DNA of 35,612 bases, taken from Monosiga brevicollis MX1. Lineage: Eukaryota. Shown piece by piece: positions 34,920-35,612 of the stretch. Numbering within the stretch: position 1 is the stretch's first letter; every line of letters begins with the position of its first letter. The stretch lies in NCBI RefSeq assembly GCF_000002865.3, contig NW_001865081.1, positions 109,027 to 144,638 on the forward strand. The letters are read 5' to 3'. A model generated the notes under the pieces. It searched no databases. It was not told the origin of the DNA and saw only the letters and a program-made list of their open reading frames with translations. Position numbers and translations under genes: made by a program.

Positions 34920-35612
34920 GTGGCTGAACTCCTCAGCAGCTGAGCACGGACAGGCAAGGACCAAGCAACATTGCAGTGCAGCGGGTGGAGCGTGTGCAGA
35001 ACCCCATGCTGTGGGAACGGTACAGCAGCAAGCGACGGGAGATGTGGTACCGCCTCACAAGTCAGGAGCACTATATTCGACTTGTAACCACCACCTCGGA
35101 TGTGCTCTCGGGCTGTCCAGCTTTGCTTCGAGAGACAACCTGTCAAGAGCACTGGCTGCATCACGCCCGAGCGATTTCTGCTGGACAAGATTGTGCGCTT
35201 TGGCCTCGATCATCGCTTTGCTGGTAGCCGCGCGAGCCACCGGTTTTGATTTCGGTGTTTACTTGGCCGACCATTTTTGGCAAGGTGGTGTTTGAAATTG
35301 CGACTGGTTTGATCGGAATGCGCCGCTGTTCTGATGCCAGATGCGCTTTTGTGTATGACTTTAGAGTCATCATCAGTACTCCTACGGTGGACTCGATGGC
35401 GAGCGCATGCTCGTTGTCACGCGAGTTTTGTTGGGTCATGCCTACGTCCATGAATCACCTCCTTGTCTAGCACTGGCCCCACCGCTCTTGCCAGACGCAC
35501 CCGACAATGAGCGGTGCGTTGGACAGACCCGACTTTGGCACGTTGCATGTTGGTTTTGAGCCGCGAGTACTTCTGGCTGGCTTTGGACTTGATATGTGCT
35601 TTTGCTACAGAT
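34920..35612 (+). pseudogene. Frameshifted tandem duplicate of the PARP exons of gene 5
   Basis: Same gtggctag|gtgg acceptor; encodes VQRVERVQNPMLWERYSSKRREM and FGVYLADH; keeps the same intron positions (ggcaag|gt, ag|agtcatca, gagcg|gtgcgt); carries several indels. Confidence 0.8.

Overview
Intron-rich eukaryotic genomic DNA from a draft assembly with five N-gaps. The short GT-AG introns and animal-like extracellular domains suggest a unicellular holozoan, probably a choanoflagellate such as Monosiga (inference). I reconstructed five spliced genes and one pseudogene by hand. (1) + strand, 5'-truncated giant Ser/Thr-stalk protein with six 'NPSFE' modules and three FG-GAP blocks. (2) - strand giant secreted mucin with an NPSFE-type module, a calsyntenin-like domain, TNFR-like Cys repeats, TSP1, EGF repeats and LamG domains; it has one probably artefactual frameshift. 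(3) - strand C-type lectin / Ser-Thr stalk / FG-GAP propeller protein. (4) + strand SEC23IP/DDHD2-like SAM-DDHD protein whose lipase serine is replaced (GHGLG). (5) + strand ankyrin / Pro-rich / coiled-coil / kinase (DFD) / PARP fusion, followed by a frameshifted duplicate of its PARP exons. The most striking signal is gene 5. Its ankyrin repeats are 99-bp phase-0 exons in near-identical 223-bp cassettes with no silent-only codon differences, and the changes fall mostly on the ligand-binding face. This suggests a hypervariable sensor wired to a kinase-PARP effector, possibly for immunity.
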